Assembly: GCA_002633005.1 (NCBI GenBank)
Contig: NMRA01000180.1
Coordinates: 634,789 to 698,788 of the forward strand
Source of the DNA: Phoronis australis
Taxonomy: Eukaryota; Animalia; Phoronida
DNA: 64,000 nucleotides
Direction: 5' to 3'
In this document: piece after piece, positions 48,431 to 62,121 of the stretch
How the letters are laid out: every line of letters begins with the position of its first letter
Position numbering within the stretch: the stretch's first letter is position 1
Position numbers and translations under genes: made by a program
The notes under the pieces: model-generated
Told to the model about the DNA's origin: nothing
The model's input: only the letters and a program-made list of their open reading frames with translations
Database searches by the model: none

Positions 48431-51400
48431 GATGTGATAGCAGACGATGAGCTGCAAAACTTTATGAAGGAGGTAAGCACAGGTATGCCGGTAGGTCTGC
48501 CGAAATGCCGTCTATCAATTTCCTCCTGTCGTTATATTAACGCCTCATAGTATCTCTCACTAAGCCTTAGTTTGTCTTACAAGCTGATAATCGGTGATTT
48601 ATCTCCTCAAATTTGTTGTACTAGTTTTGAGTCTATACATACCGTTATATAGACATGTCTGTTGTGCGCGACTAAGTATATCAGTATTGATTGTTGTGTT
48701 CACACTTCTCAAATTTATTGAATTACCTCTACTGCTTGTGTGTGACTTCAACTCCACTTGGAGGGCTTCCCATCCGCTGAAGGTGATCTTGACAAGCAGT
48801 GTCCAGACAGCGTCCGTACAGTGAGCGACTTGACCACCACCATGGCTATGATCATTTTCACCTGCTCTTGCCAGCATGCGGCTGTCAACTTCGGCCAATT
48901 TCATCACATGTCGAACCCACTAGCTTATCCACTAGCGCTTCGCGAGCCTCCTCCGCAGGTTAGTTTTCTACTGGGCTCCGTGGTAATCTAGTATGCAGCA
49001 TGCAAGTATGAGCACGTGTGTACTGGAATGGGAATGGGAACCAATGACAAAACACTCTTTTACTTTCATTAGCGCATAGAACTCAAGCCCTGGAATGCAT
49101 CTGCGATCTCGCAGCCGCTGAGGTTGCGTCCCGCATACGTGAGAGTTGTTTACATTAATTTGTTCGGGTGTATATACTTGCTATGGAGTTTACCGTCATT
49201 TTAATGACACTAAATTCTTTTACACAAAGTGAATTTGGTAAAAACCCGAAAAATGTTGGTAGAGTCTTGAAGTGGGATGGTATCTAGAAGGATTTAGAAT
49301 CAAAGAAGGTTCGTTACGTTGAACTGAGAAGGCTTTAAAATGTTGTGAAAAACCGCTATAAAGAACGAGAGGGTAGATATTTCGCATGCATGAAGCCTTA
49401 CGTGCGTTCAGTAGGGACCAGAATCTCGCGAAAACACAGGAGCACGCAAGACTCGCGATATATCGCCGTGCCTAACAAGCGAACATGCGAAACACGAGAT
49501 CACACTAGCTTCATTACCGAGAGATTCTATGCGTCTACGAAATTGTTAGTTTTTGAAATACGGGCGAATAAAAATTCTAGTTACCACAGAGTTTCTAATT
49601 TTCCCCCCACTTTTGATAAATGCGCGCATGCGCTGTCAGGCATTCAACTAACAGCTGACTGACCAGAGGGATGTTATGGCAGATTATCGTGTGTGATCAC
49701 ATTCTGAATCTGGGCTCGACAGCACAGAATGACGCAAGCCGGTGAAGCAAAATAATTCCATGTCCATTTCAGAATGTATTTGAATACTGCTACACTTCTA
49801 TAACTAATTTTAAGCAGTTAGGACTTAATCAATTGCCTCTTAATCGGATTGACTGCTGCTTGAAGTTGCCATTGCTGTGTTTACATCAAAGGCCAAAGAT
49901 CACATTCTCCATACAAGGAAATGCACTCCATGTCTTAATTGCTATACCAAATAAGGGGACGTTCTTTACTTTGTGGGAGTAAATCGACAAGTAGGCAAAT
50001 ACACTTTAATTTTGATGTGAGCACCTCTCAAAATATACAGAAATGACACATTGGTAGTTTTGGGATATCCTGTAGGCCTTCAATTCATACAAAATCCAAT
50101 ATAGTACGATAACAAGCTGACAGTAACGGAACGGGTGAACAGAAGCTGCAAAATTGTCGGTTGGGTTTTCTTCCAAAATGACATGCACCAACTCGCGCTG
50201 AGAAATATCGGGAAAATAAATATGATGAGAAACAATCCCCGGCGAAACTCATCATCTGTGACGTCACTCAACGGCCCAGTCAGTGCTATGAATTTGGCCG
50301 AAACTACTAAGCGAACACACAGAACTAGCATGGGCGGATTTAGGGGTGGGCGGAGGCCTTGGCTGCCGGAAGCAAAATGAAACAACAGCAGCGTGAAGCG
50401 TGAGGAAATAATGAGTTCAGCAACTTGGACCGGTAGCGGACGAGGGGGGAGGGGGGCTTGGACGGAATCGTGTTTTCCTGTTTTTTTTTAGTCCATCGAT
50501 AGATATCTTGAACAAAAGGTCCACATCCCTGGTCCCCGCCCCCACAACTTTCGGGCCGCCTGTGCACGTACAACCGCGCTTTGCCCAATTCCCCGAGGCA
50601 ACATGTTGGGCCCCCCGTTATGGTATCCTAGGTCCGCCACTGACCAGATACTTTGCCTGTGAAGGCCCGGTACCCTAGAAGTGCTTAGTAATATGCAAGT
50701 TGAAGAGAAGGCAAAATGTTCAGCTGAGACGATACGGGACACGTCTAGACAACCAGCTGGGGGGGGGGGGGGGNGTGGAATTACAATGCTGTGGTTCTAA
50801 ACTTTTGACTTAATCAGACTGGGCTTCTGATATTCAACATGTTGTGTAGTTCTTTATACAATGTACATCCAGGTACAAGGAGGCGCATTATCCCGGTCAA
50901 AATCAACGACAGTGAACTTACAAACTGACGTAACAAAGAAAATGAATCCTGAGTTCACCACTGTTAGATGGATATTTTAGGAGCATTACATTTTCTGATT
51001 GTTCCATAAAGGCGAATTCGTCTATGTCAAAAAAAATTCAAGCAATCGTATAATCCTCTGTGGTTATTTATCTCTCCGGTCTGTGAAGTGTCGAGTCAAC
51101 ACACTCACTAACATGTCGGTCCCACTCAGTCGGCGGTGTTCGTCTCTGGGACCTACTTCACAATGTCTCATATACCTCTTTATATAATACGTTAGCAACA
51201 GTGAGGTAGCAGATTCCACTTCGAGTACAAGAATCTGAATCAGGGCTCTAGAGGTATTTTCAAAACAGAAGTGAAAACTTCCAGAAAAGTATAACACTCC
51301 CCAATCGACGGTCTCTCTATCGGCTCGACCGTTACCAGAAAAAAACTGTAACGTAAACATTTCAACCGATTAATGTCACAGTTTGAAAAGTTCCCATCCT

Positions 51401-53365
51401 AAATTTAGTCATCAGTTAATGACTACCTGAATAATACCTCTACGATTACGTGTACTGAAGTACGATTGTCTTTATAATATGCCCCCTATTATTCTCCAAG
51501 ATACCATTTGGCAGTTGGGGGTGCGAATTACTGACTAGCATATGCGCGCACCCGGTGGGGGGAGGNGAGGTCGGAAGGGCGAATGCACAATGCATAAGCC
51601 TTGATCAAACCCCCGTTTACCTTTTTTGTTTTAGTAATAAGGTCCAAAAGCCCAAAAAGTCGAGACCCCTGCATCCTTACATTTTAGATTGGACGCGCGC
51701 ATGTGGCAAAATTCTGGTTATTCCTGTGCCCTGTCCCCCTAACTCAAAATCCTGGATCCATCCCTGGATATAAGCTGCATAAATGGGTTCAGCAGAATTT
51801 ATCCTGTACAAGACAAACGTAACAAATAGAGGTATTTTAATCGTTGTCTCTGTGAAAGCGACAGCAACGAACCCGTCATATTTCTATTTGTTGTCATAAT
51901 TTTTCAAACTAAGGGTGTGCCTGAAGAGCGAAAAGTGTATTTTTTCGTAACAATACTTTCCGTTCAACATTACAGCTGCAGTTATTCGAGAAAATACGCG
52001 GCGACGCCGCAAAATGGTAATGGCACTGCTATAGACCTTATTCACGCAGTAGTGAGCCTCTTTTTATGTTTAAAAACAATACATTTGAGACATGAATATA
52101 ACGAGGCAGGCGAAAAATCACGCTTTGCGCTGTATTAAGCGCAAAATGCATTGTTTTAAAACCTAAAAAGAGGCTCACTACCAAAATGGCGACTGCGTGA
52201 ATGCGGTGTATGTTGAGAATGCGTAAAAACACACGTGCATTATACCAACGGCTTTCCTCAACACAATTGTTATGTTTATACTATTCTTTCGAAATGATTT
52301 TAGCTTGATTCGCTTTCTATTATGTAGCACAAGCGCAACTTCCTAGTAGAGGACATCATGGCCGCCCTGCCAGACGAGATGTTAACTGTGGCCGCGGTTG
52401 GCCTGACGTACGCCTTGACGCGGTATAGTGACACAGAGGTAATATTCAAAATACAGTGTACGTGTTCAAACCTGAAGTTTTTCATGTTTCGTGCGCCGTC
52501 ACAAACTAAACACTACGCTATCAGGCTGATAAATACTAGAAGTAAATGTTCATTCCCCTTAGGGTGTGAGCTCAAGTTGGGGTATCTTTTACTACGGCGG
52601 CCTCGTTACGAGTACGCAGTGTCTCAGATAATGTGTTTACGTTTCAGCTACCTGCATGATTTCGAGCAGTGATGAGCGATTGGAATGTGCCTGAGCATTC
52701 GTTTATTCCAACTTTTGCATTTTTATCATTTAATTAACAAACTGGGCACCAGCATATTAAATGACATACCCTTGCGAAGTGAGTTCATTGCCTGAGCGAA
52801 ATGTTTTTTATTTACAATGACTGGACTTGATTGACTTCGCCGGTTCTGCATGGTCAACCGGCTAAGACATTTGATTGGCTTGTTAGCCAGAAGACTTCAT
52901 AGAGAACTAATCAGATAGATTATCCGATTGACCCGGCGGAGCCGGCGAAGTCAATCGAGTCCAGTCATTGTTACATTTTAATCGAAAATTCTCTCACGCA
53001 TTGATTGGATTGCATTGTCTCAGTAGAGTTACCGAAAAATTTCAAATGCACGGACATATCCCCCGATATACTGTTTTTTAGAGTTTGTGTTATTATACCT
53101 GACTCCATTTTTGATATCACAAAATTACTTGTCAAACATAGTGGTGTTTTAAAAGGCGCATAACCTAAAATATGATACAGAACTACACCAAATTTAGATA
53201 TTACGAATAATTATTAACATAGACCCATTCATACATGGCAAATGACTATTGTTACCATTGCACACATAGGTGTATTTGGGTGATTTCTCAGAGGAACTGT
53301 TTGTCGAAGATGCAGCCAAGGTGGCTCAAGCAAAGTTCCGGCAGAATCTCGGCGATATCTTATAA
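48431..53365 (+). pseudogene. LOX-A' : disabled copy (or null allele) of the 3' half of LOX-A (end of exon 8, exons 9-11)
   Basis: Starts right after a single N (48430), in the middle of exon 8. Exon homologs: 48431-48472, 48752-48958, 52328-52438, 53270-53365. The exon 9 acceptor is TTCAA instead of TTCAG. A 118-bp deletion in the last exon gives ...NLGDIL* and removes the C-terminal iron-ligand tail. Confidence 0.85.
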
Positions 53366-55303
53366 AGAGTAATGGCGGCGAGGTGGATTCATGTTTGAAA
53401 ATAGCTTTGAGGTTTTTAATTTTACAAACTCTACGCCATTTAATTAAATTTTATATTTATCGCATACCTGTTAAGGACGTATCTTAAGTTTATTTTAAAA
53501 CAAATGTATTAATGTTTTCAGTGTTTGCAATGAAATATTTAAAAAAATAGTTCATTTTCTATAATTGTTCTTCAATGAGAGGTGCTGCATTTACGAAGCC
53601 GCTTGTAATACGTTGTGGTTATTTAAGTGAGACCTGTCAATCGAAAACAAATGTCAGCCAAATTTCTCTCACTGTGCAAAGCTCTCGAATTCCTGCTGCA
53701 CAAACATAAACCCGCCGCAGAAATGGGCTATTGCTAAGAAGTCGTTGGAGTGATCGTATCTGTTGACTGAGCACAGCGCGCATGTCTGCAGTAGTGTCTA
53801 TTGCTACCGCTTGGAAGTTATTTGTAGTAAATTTTTTTTTTTAGTATTATAGTCATTCTTACTATGTAGGGTAAACAGTTACTTATTAGCACGACCTACT
53901 TTTGTTGGAATGGGCGACTAAGCTCTCGTAAAAACAAAAAGCCGGACGAAATCGTTCTTTTGTGATATAGGTCGATCAACCAATTGCGACCTACTGCGTG
54001 GGTCAAACGTTATCACATAGTTGAAAATGTTCTCTTGTTTGCGGCGAACGAGCTCGTTGAAGCGATGCTAGTCACTTGCTTTCGTTCCCCGTTCACGGGG
54101 AAGGCCTGCAGTTTGGTGAGGACTATAAAAAGACCAACTGTATTTGCACTGTGCCGGATTAAGGGTCTGCAGTGCCCTAAGCTATCAGAGTTCGAGCGGC
54201 GCCACTTGCCGTTAGTGAGGCTTGTCTAGTTTTTGTACTTAAATACCACACGGATTAAACTAATCAAATTGAAAGTTGTGGAATAACCAATGTATTCCTA
54301 CCGGGAAAGCTGTCTCTCTAGTGAGTATTTATACGAATGTACACCTTAAGCTTATGCGCGTTAACTATAATAAACAAAGTTTTTTATATGGGTGTGTTAT
54401 TAGCCGGGGGTACTGCGCCATGTGAACATTTTAACGAGGCCGAAGGCGCAGTCTGAATAAGAAAGAATTCGAGGCCAAATTTATAGCAGAAAGAGGGCGA
54501 ATTCAAATGCTCGCTTCTTAGACGGAACGTGGGTTTATTACCCGCTCGACCCAAATTTGGCACGTAAGACTGCTGAAATTCAAATTAAACCGATTTTTGT
54601 AGGTTATAAATCGACACCAATCATGCGCCTACCCAACCCGTAAAAATGGAGGGGGGGGGGGCATGAATTTTTGAGAATGTGGACCTTTTACCAAGATTCA
54701 CGGTGTATGCTCAGAGCTATGTGAAATGTGCATTCGCCAAATCAGTGGTAGTGGTAGTGCGGACTTTTGACTCGTTTCCTACTTCTTTTCGGGGTTTTTG
54801 CTTCTATGAGGCAGACCTTTTTGCCCGCTTAGCAAAATGGGAATGGGGCTCATTCGAGACTCCCGAGCGCAAATCCGTTGGGAATGGATACAATGAACTT
54901 CTCAACAGAGCGCCTACACAGAGGTGCATTCCACAAGATCGCTGTTGGAGTAGCACAGTAAGGCTGAAGGGATACAATATGATACAGTGGAAAGTGAGAA
55001 CAATAATACAAATATTCCCTCCAGCGCACGTAAATTAAGCCCCTATGAATAAAACTTGACATAAATAACATGCAAAATCAACTATTCACTAATAAAAAGG
55101 CACTGACCTAATTTTCGGGACCATAAAAATGACTGTATTACAACTGAATATTGCAGTCAAACAGGGTGCCATGTTCTGGTAAGCAGTTTGACCCCAGACT
55201 GATTAGATCACTTGTTTGAACAAATAAATATCAATTCTTTTCAATTACAACATCTCAGTCTTCAGTTCATTATGTGACAAAGTAGTCACGCCGCTATTAA
55301 AGG

Positions 55304-55673
55304 NNNNNNNNNNNNNNNNNNNNNNNNNNNNNNNNNNNNNNNNNNNNNNNNNNNNNNNNNNNNNNNNNNNNNNNNNNNNNNNNNNNNNNNNNNNNNNNNN
55401 NNNNNNNNNNNNNNNNNNNNNNNNNNNNNNNNNNNNNNNNNNNNNNNNNNNNNNNNNNNNNNNNNNNNNNNNNNNNNNNNNNNNNNNNNNNNNNNNNNNN
55501 NNNNNNNNNNNNNNNNNNNNNNNNNNNNNNNNNNNNNNNNNNNNNNNNNNNNNNNNNNNNNNNNNNNNNNNNNNNNNNNNNNNNNNNNNNNNNNNNNNNN
55601 NNNNNNNNNNNNNNNNNNNNNNNNNNNNNNNNNNNNNNNNNNNNNNNNNNNNNNNNNNNNNNNNNNNNNNNNN
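55304..55673. other. Assembly gap
   Basis: Run of N. Confidence 1.
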
Positions 55674-57212
55674 AAGTGGTTTGTTTGCAAATGTCTTGAA
55701 TATAGAGTGAGTGATTTACCACCAACGTTTAGACATTCTACTACACAACCCCCAAAAAGCCATTTTGAACCAATGTTTTTTTGCAACGTTATATGTCCTC
55801 TGCACGCATTGTTCAGAGTAAGAGAATGAAACTTTGCCTAAATAAATGAAAAAGCATGGTTATTTTAATGAACAATGTAAAAGCTTTGTCAGACAGCGTG
55901 CTAGATATACATTTTGGAACATCAACATGCACTAAAACGGGCCACTTTCAAGTGCCTGGGATAGATAGGGCAACAAATAAAAACATTTCTGTCAGTCTTT
56001 GATATTTTCCAGCTTTTGTACTTATGCTTCGCACCTGAGGTTTTACCTTCTGAATAGTTCATAAAATGTAACAAATACGAGCGTGAAATTACGAACGTAA
56101 AACTACGATCGAAAAATACTAGTGTAAAATTACGAGTGTGACTTCCTCAGAGCTCACGTAACCAATGAACCACGAGCAAAGTCTCGGTGGTAATTACGCG
56201 AGACACTTTCACCGGTACGGCCCGCGATGGATTCTGGGCCACCTTACATCCGAATTTGAGCTGCCTTCTTTGCGAGCAACCGTTATGACCTCCTGATTTC
56301 TGGTATTACAACCTTCGTCTTATCTAAAAAACGCAGAGCTAATAGCCCCCTAGTTCAGCTGCGTCAAGGGCCTTACAGAAAACTCTACGCAAAATATCAA
56401 AGGTCCACCCTTCTAGAAATTCGAACCACCCCCGGGCAATGCTACAGGACTCCACTTGGCAAATTACATTTGTCACCCCCAAACTAAAACCCCTAACCTC
56501 AGAAACAAAAGTGAATGTATCATCTTTTGACGATATTTCGAAACATACTCGTTTCATTCTCAAGTGAAGATAAAATGACGCAGTAATGCCACCACAGAGT
56601 ATAAGCTGACGACATACACAGTGAGACACGACGGGTGTGAAATACTGCAAAGAATGACTAATGAAGGGGGTTAACAGGAAAGTCACGCGACCCTGTTTGC
56701 TGCTCATTCAGTATCACGAAAGTCCGCCCCGTTGCACAGTGTAGTGTTGTTTATGAGTTTGTATGCCCTATGAACGAATGTCTTCGTTCAAACGTCAAAC
56801 AATGTTACATTGGTCAAACGGTTTGCAGTCTTTCCCGTCGGTTATCCATGTATCTTCCAAATGGCGCTTTTCAAGATCATTTTCTGCAATGCCCGTCAAG
56901 AAATTGTGGAAAACACGTCAATTCGCTACGTGGAGCAAGATGTGCTGCGTTTGAAAGTATTAGAGTCCCTTTTAATTGCTTTTGAGAAGCCTGTTTTGAA
57001 TGAGCAGCAACGGTAACACATGTAAATTTGTTTCCTACAGTATGTTAAGAGCATCGTTTTTAGCCCTCTAGTGCCATAAATTGCCATATATAACGAACTG
57101 TTAGGCGTATTAGCTTGCTTTTGTCTACGTAAACGCGAGAATCACTTTTTTAATTTAAACAGCTGCGAATAACTCTCGTACGCAATGGTGTTCTATTCAG
57201 ACCCCTGTTAGC

Positions 57213-58726
57213 GGATTTGCAGCGCAAACGAACTACGCATTGCGCATGTGCATGTTACTTCCTGCGCGAAGGCTCATGGGATAGCTTGTGGTCAGGCATG
57301 TCTTGAGCAGGCTGGATAGTGTGCATTTGGAGTGATTTGCAAACTAAAAACCATGTTTCATTTTTTTGCTTTATAATACCAAGCAAGTCCTCTCTCTCGT
57401 TTGTAAACACAGCGTAGCTATGATCAGTGACCGTGTGACCGAGGGCACAACTGTCGTCATGTTCAGTATTGGGGCTATCGGCGTTGATTTCGAAATCTCC
57501 TCCGGTTTCAGACAAGTTGAGAGTTCTTGGGTTGCTTAACTTTTGTAGCTTTCGCCGTGTATATGCTAGAGACGTTAATTTTAAGAGGAAACTCCGTCGG
57601 AATGTTGTTCTCATACGTCTTTTTTCCACCAGGAAAATGTTCGCTGCACACACGATGGCCCCTAGGCAATTACATCGCACTGGATGCCGCAGGCATTCAG
57701 GGGCGATAGTACATCCTCACAAAAAGTTACTCATTTCATAATACAGCAAATAAAATTAAATGAACCATACATGTAGGAACACAGAGTTATAATTAACACA
57801 TACCACGACTGTGGATACAATTTAGTCAGCAAAACTTGAACAAATCGATGGAAATCTGATGCGGTTTGCTCGAGTTTCTCTCAGTTACCGGGTGCCATTT
57901 TGAGGAAGTTAGTGAAATTACGCATGTTGAATAAAAAGTCCAAGGGACACACATCTTACAAGTTTCACCCGATACCTTCTCATGCTATTTTACAAGTGTC
58001 GCGTGCTAGCGTCACGCGCTAGCGTCACACGCAAGCGTCACGCGCTTCGCTCAGTCTCGTGCTTACCTTTGCTTAACTCACGTGATTCAGTTGACATGCT
58101 TTGTGGTTATCGCGGCTCACGCGGTGATAAAATTAACGGCAACCAAAAAAGTGGAGTTGTAATTCTTCGCCAAAGTCAACTTAATTCTCACACCTAAGCT
58201 TCATCAAAGATATGTATAGAAGTAGAAAAGACCAATGATGAAAGTAAGCGTTTTTTTAAATGATAGTTTTAAGTGTAGAATGTATTTTTGAAGAGGTGAA
58301 AACTCGAAATCGGTAACCCAAATCCGGTCACGGCCCATTTAAAATACACTGAAGTAACGAAATGAATACAGAAAGCGAATGGGAGTATTGTAGCCCCTAT
58401 ATGGCCAATCGAGGGGCTACGTGTTGCCTAATAGACAGCCCTGCGTTGGTTTGAATGCGCTAAATCTCCCCTTACTCCCAGCTCTCCTAATGTTGTTTAT
58501 CCATTTTTCACGAAGTTCTTGGTTTGCAAGGAACACATAAAAACTCAGATTATTATCTGTCTTGTTGTTTTTGAAGCAGCCAGGAACACAAGTATATCCG
58601 CAGTAAGTTTTCTTCGCGCTCATACCGCGTATTATGCTTGTTACTATGGCCGCTTTCGGAATCCTGACCACAGCACCCACAATGCACCATTTTAACCTAA
58701 TTTCAATATGGCGTCGCTGCAAATCC
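57213..58726 (-). mobile_element. TIR DNA-transposon derivative encoding an interrupted THAP domain plus DHSY motif
   Basis: 12-bp TIR GGATTTGCAGCG / CGCTGCAAATCC; absent at the homologous site (about 23888-23900). Minus strand: MSAKKTYCGYTCVPGCFKNN..SFYVF..ELREKWINNIRR..FKPTQG (58623-58438), then GHRVCSEHFPGGKKTYENNIPTEFP (from about 57660), then a frameshifted DHSY. Confidence 0.8.
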
Positions 58727-59914
58727 TTTTGTTGTTTGTGCTGTGATCTCGCGGTGACCCAACATGGCACGAAAAGGCAGGGTAGCTTCACGTATCATTT
58801 GACGGGCTTACACTTGCGTGATTGAACTCGCGTTTTCTTATTTTACTAAGTCTTTGTTAGGACTATCTGGTTAGCCTAATACATCTAAAGTAACAAAATT
58901 CCGTTGATGTTACATGTAGGCTTTAGGCATCGGCAAGTCCCTGGCTTTGAATAGGGCCGTCCCGGATTACACGGCGACTGATAGAGAACTCTCCTTTGTC
59001 GCGGAGATAAGAAAGCGTGTGACCTCGTTTTGGAAATCAGGCGCATTTTCGTGTTTCTCATTTATGTCGGGAAGGCAAAGAATTTCATATCACGCATCCA
59101 CGGGTATTTGTACAGTTTAACAAACTTTCTCGCGTCGGAGTTGCAGGCCACAGCACAGCAGTAATCACCTCGTTAGCATTGGAAGTACGAATAGAGTAAT
59201 GCAACAGAGAAAAACTTGTAAGGAGTCAGACAACAACAAATAACATGTGAGAATCCACGAAAACGAAGCAGCAAATATGCATGACGGATGTTTACGCCGG
59301 GCATTGTGAATAAATACAGCGAGAATCGAGTGTCACCGTGAAGATTCCATTAATTCCAATCTGTCCCGGAGGAGATTATAACGTCTTGGGACTTGCACTT
59401 TGTTGCAAACAAAGTCACATGTAAGCAATGAATCACACCGCATTGTGCACGAAACAACTCATACTTAGCCTGGTTATGCATATTTGGTAGAATACATTTG
59501 GAGTTTCCAATATTCCGACATCTGTGTAATGCCCAGCCGTCTATGCACTCATGCAGATTCTCGACTTTATGAACGAAAACGACAACGTATACGACAATCG
59601 GAGTGTGTCAATAGTGGGCTGAGTGTCGTATAGTCGAACGACAATCGGAACAAAATCGGATGTTATCTCTGTTTCAGCCGATAAATCTTATTCCACATTT
59701 AGCTCGAAAAGTTGTGTCAGTAGGCTACATCTGTCTTGATATTCATATTATACGACAGTCTTTTGCAAGCCTGTATACGCCTAATCGCAATATCTAAACA
59801 AGGCTTAAAAACCAGCTCCCCCCGGAATTTTCTCGAGAATAGAGGCTGCTTTAATGAATAGGTATTCAAGTTAGTGAGTGGTCAACAAATTCTCAGCTAC
59901 GCTGGCGGCTTTTC

Positions 59915-62121
59915 ATGATGGCGATGCAAAGGTAAGAGTTATCGAAATTATACTCCAGGTGTCCCATATAGCAATGTTGTTTGGTTTTTCTCTTTTTCGT
60001 TTATTTTGGTTGTAGTGTACTGATTTTATATGGATTGCTCATTCATGTCAGTCAGTTAGACTAACTTTCTGCCACCACATGTTTGAAAAACACATGGTTG
60101 AATGTCTGTACTACATATACAAAGGGCAACCTGTTCACTGAGAAGTTAACCTCGTTACCTGAGATGTTACTTTTTTAGCAGTTAAAACTTTCAATTAGCA
60201 TCTTGATTCTTTTTAAGTTGTTTGGTTTCTGTTGTCACGGTCACTGCGAAATTAACATGAAACATACCACTTCATACAAATATAACCTGGACAACTTGAT
60301 GCAAACCATTTTAAGGACACATTTAAGTGATTCCTTATTTCCAATAATGTTGAAAATTCAATGTAGAGTTCACTCTCGATTTGTGTCAAAGTCAAAAAGT
60401 GAATAGTAATGAGACTCAAACAGCATAAGAACTAGGACAATCAGTGTTTTCACAAGTCTACAGATAGGCAGTAGATTTAGGGAACCTAGTCGAGTCCCTA
60501 TTAGGGACTGCTTCATGCAACAGGGCACGGGAGTTCAAGTGCGCGAGATGACCACCACTAGGCCTGGTTGAATTTTTGTATTGTCCAGGTGGCTAATAGA
60601 CTAGAACGTCTGCACTGTTAGAAGAATGGCCTGAGTTCGGGTCCCGCGGAAAGAAAACTTTGCAGACTTATATTCAATAAGTCGCGTGATGTGATCTTAG
60701 AAATGTTTGAGAGATCCAGCTCATTATAACTGCGACACAATTTTAGTGTGTCTGCTGGCCTGAGTTCGGTAATCACAGCTGCGTCAATGAAAATATGCCC
60801 ATGGCGTGGGGACGGTACCGAAATTACCAATGGACATGTCTTGTGACACTGAAGTAAAAAACAAGGGCCTATTTCTGATGGTTTTATGTTCCTCACAACT
60901 ATTTCTAAAAATAACTAAATTTCATTTGTGCAACTTGTGCAAAGTCTTAGAGTATACACATAACTGCCTTTTAATTAGATAAGTTCTTTAAATTATTTTT
61001 AAACTGATGCACACACCCTTCTTCAACAATTATACCAAATTTCTTTCTTACGTAACTTTTCATGAAACAAACTAGATACTAGATCATGTAGTTACTTATG
61101 ACACACATCATGCTCATCACTCTCTTTATCATATAAAAACCATTCTTCACACAGTCACTGATTTCTCATTTGAGCGAAAAAACATTTCTGAAGAGACGAT
61201 TGTTCTGTCTGAAACTTTAGGGAGCAGTCATGCATAGTAACACATATGGAGGCAGCTATACTGAAATAGTTTTGCACCTTCTCAATTTCTCGTGATTCGC
61301 TAAAGAAGCAGGATACAGCGCTAACTCTTGCTCAGTTATGTTATATTAGTAGGGCATTAAATTTGATTTTTTAAAAATGTACAAGTTTAAATGCGAGGAC
61401 TTCTCAAGTGTTGAAAGCTTGAAGATATATAATGCCACACAATACTGAAAAATTAAGTTGCCCCCCTGACATGGTCACAATATGAATAGACTGGAACTAC
61501 AGTCAATGGACAATCACCTCTGAACAATGTATTTTTCTTTATGTATACATTTGGAAAATGAGGTCAACCATACAGTGCATGCTATTCTGTAAATGAGGAC
61601 AGTTATACCGGATGTGGGAATACAAAAGTGCTTACAAATTACACCACAACTACGTCCTACTGTACCTGAGGGAGGATTGGAGTGATGTCGACCACAAAGT
61701 AATGTATCAACTATAGACTTTTCATTAAAAAATCTGACCAAATTCTTCTCACGGCTATAACACCAAATTATTTTTATTTTGTACCCCTGAATTCCACCAT
61801 TCTTCGCAAACTTTAGGCAACTGCCTCAGCAAAGAATCGAAGTAAAATGACACTAAAAAAAAAAAAAAAAAATCTTATGCCAGCCCTTCACGAGCGAATG
61901 CATTGAACACTTTGCAATTTTCTAAAGCCGGCATTGGAGACAATCCCTGAGCATACAAAAACACCTGTTTTGAAAAATTATATTTTTAACTGAGTTACTT
62001 ATTATTAGCATCATAAACTTCTCTTCTAGTCGCTACAAAGCAGAAGTGTACACGAGTGCCAAGAAAACCTCGGGCTGGAAACGAACAGGCACAGACGATG
62101 ACGTTCATTTGTCATTACACG
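59915..62121 (+). CDS. LOX-B' : first two coding exons of a second LOX-B copy (PLAT N-terminus), presumably continuing beyond the window
   Basis: Exons 59915-59931 (ATGATGGCGATGCAAAG|GTAAG) and 62030-62121 (SRYKAEVYTSAKKTSGWKRTGTDDDVHLSLH), with intact splice sites; homologous to 25080-27203. Confidence 0.8.
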
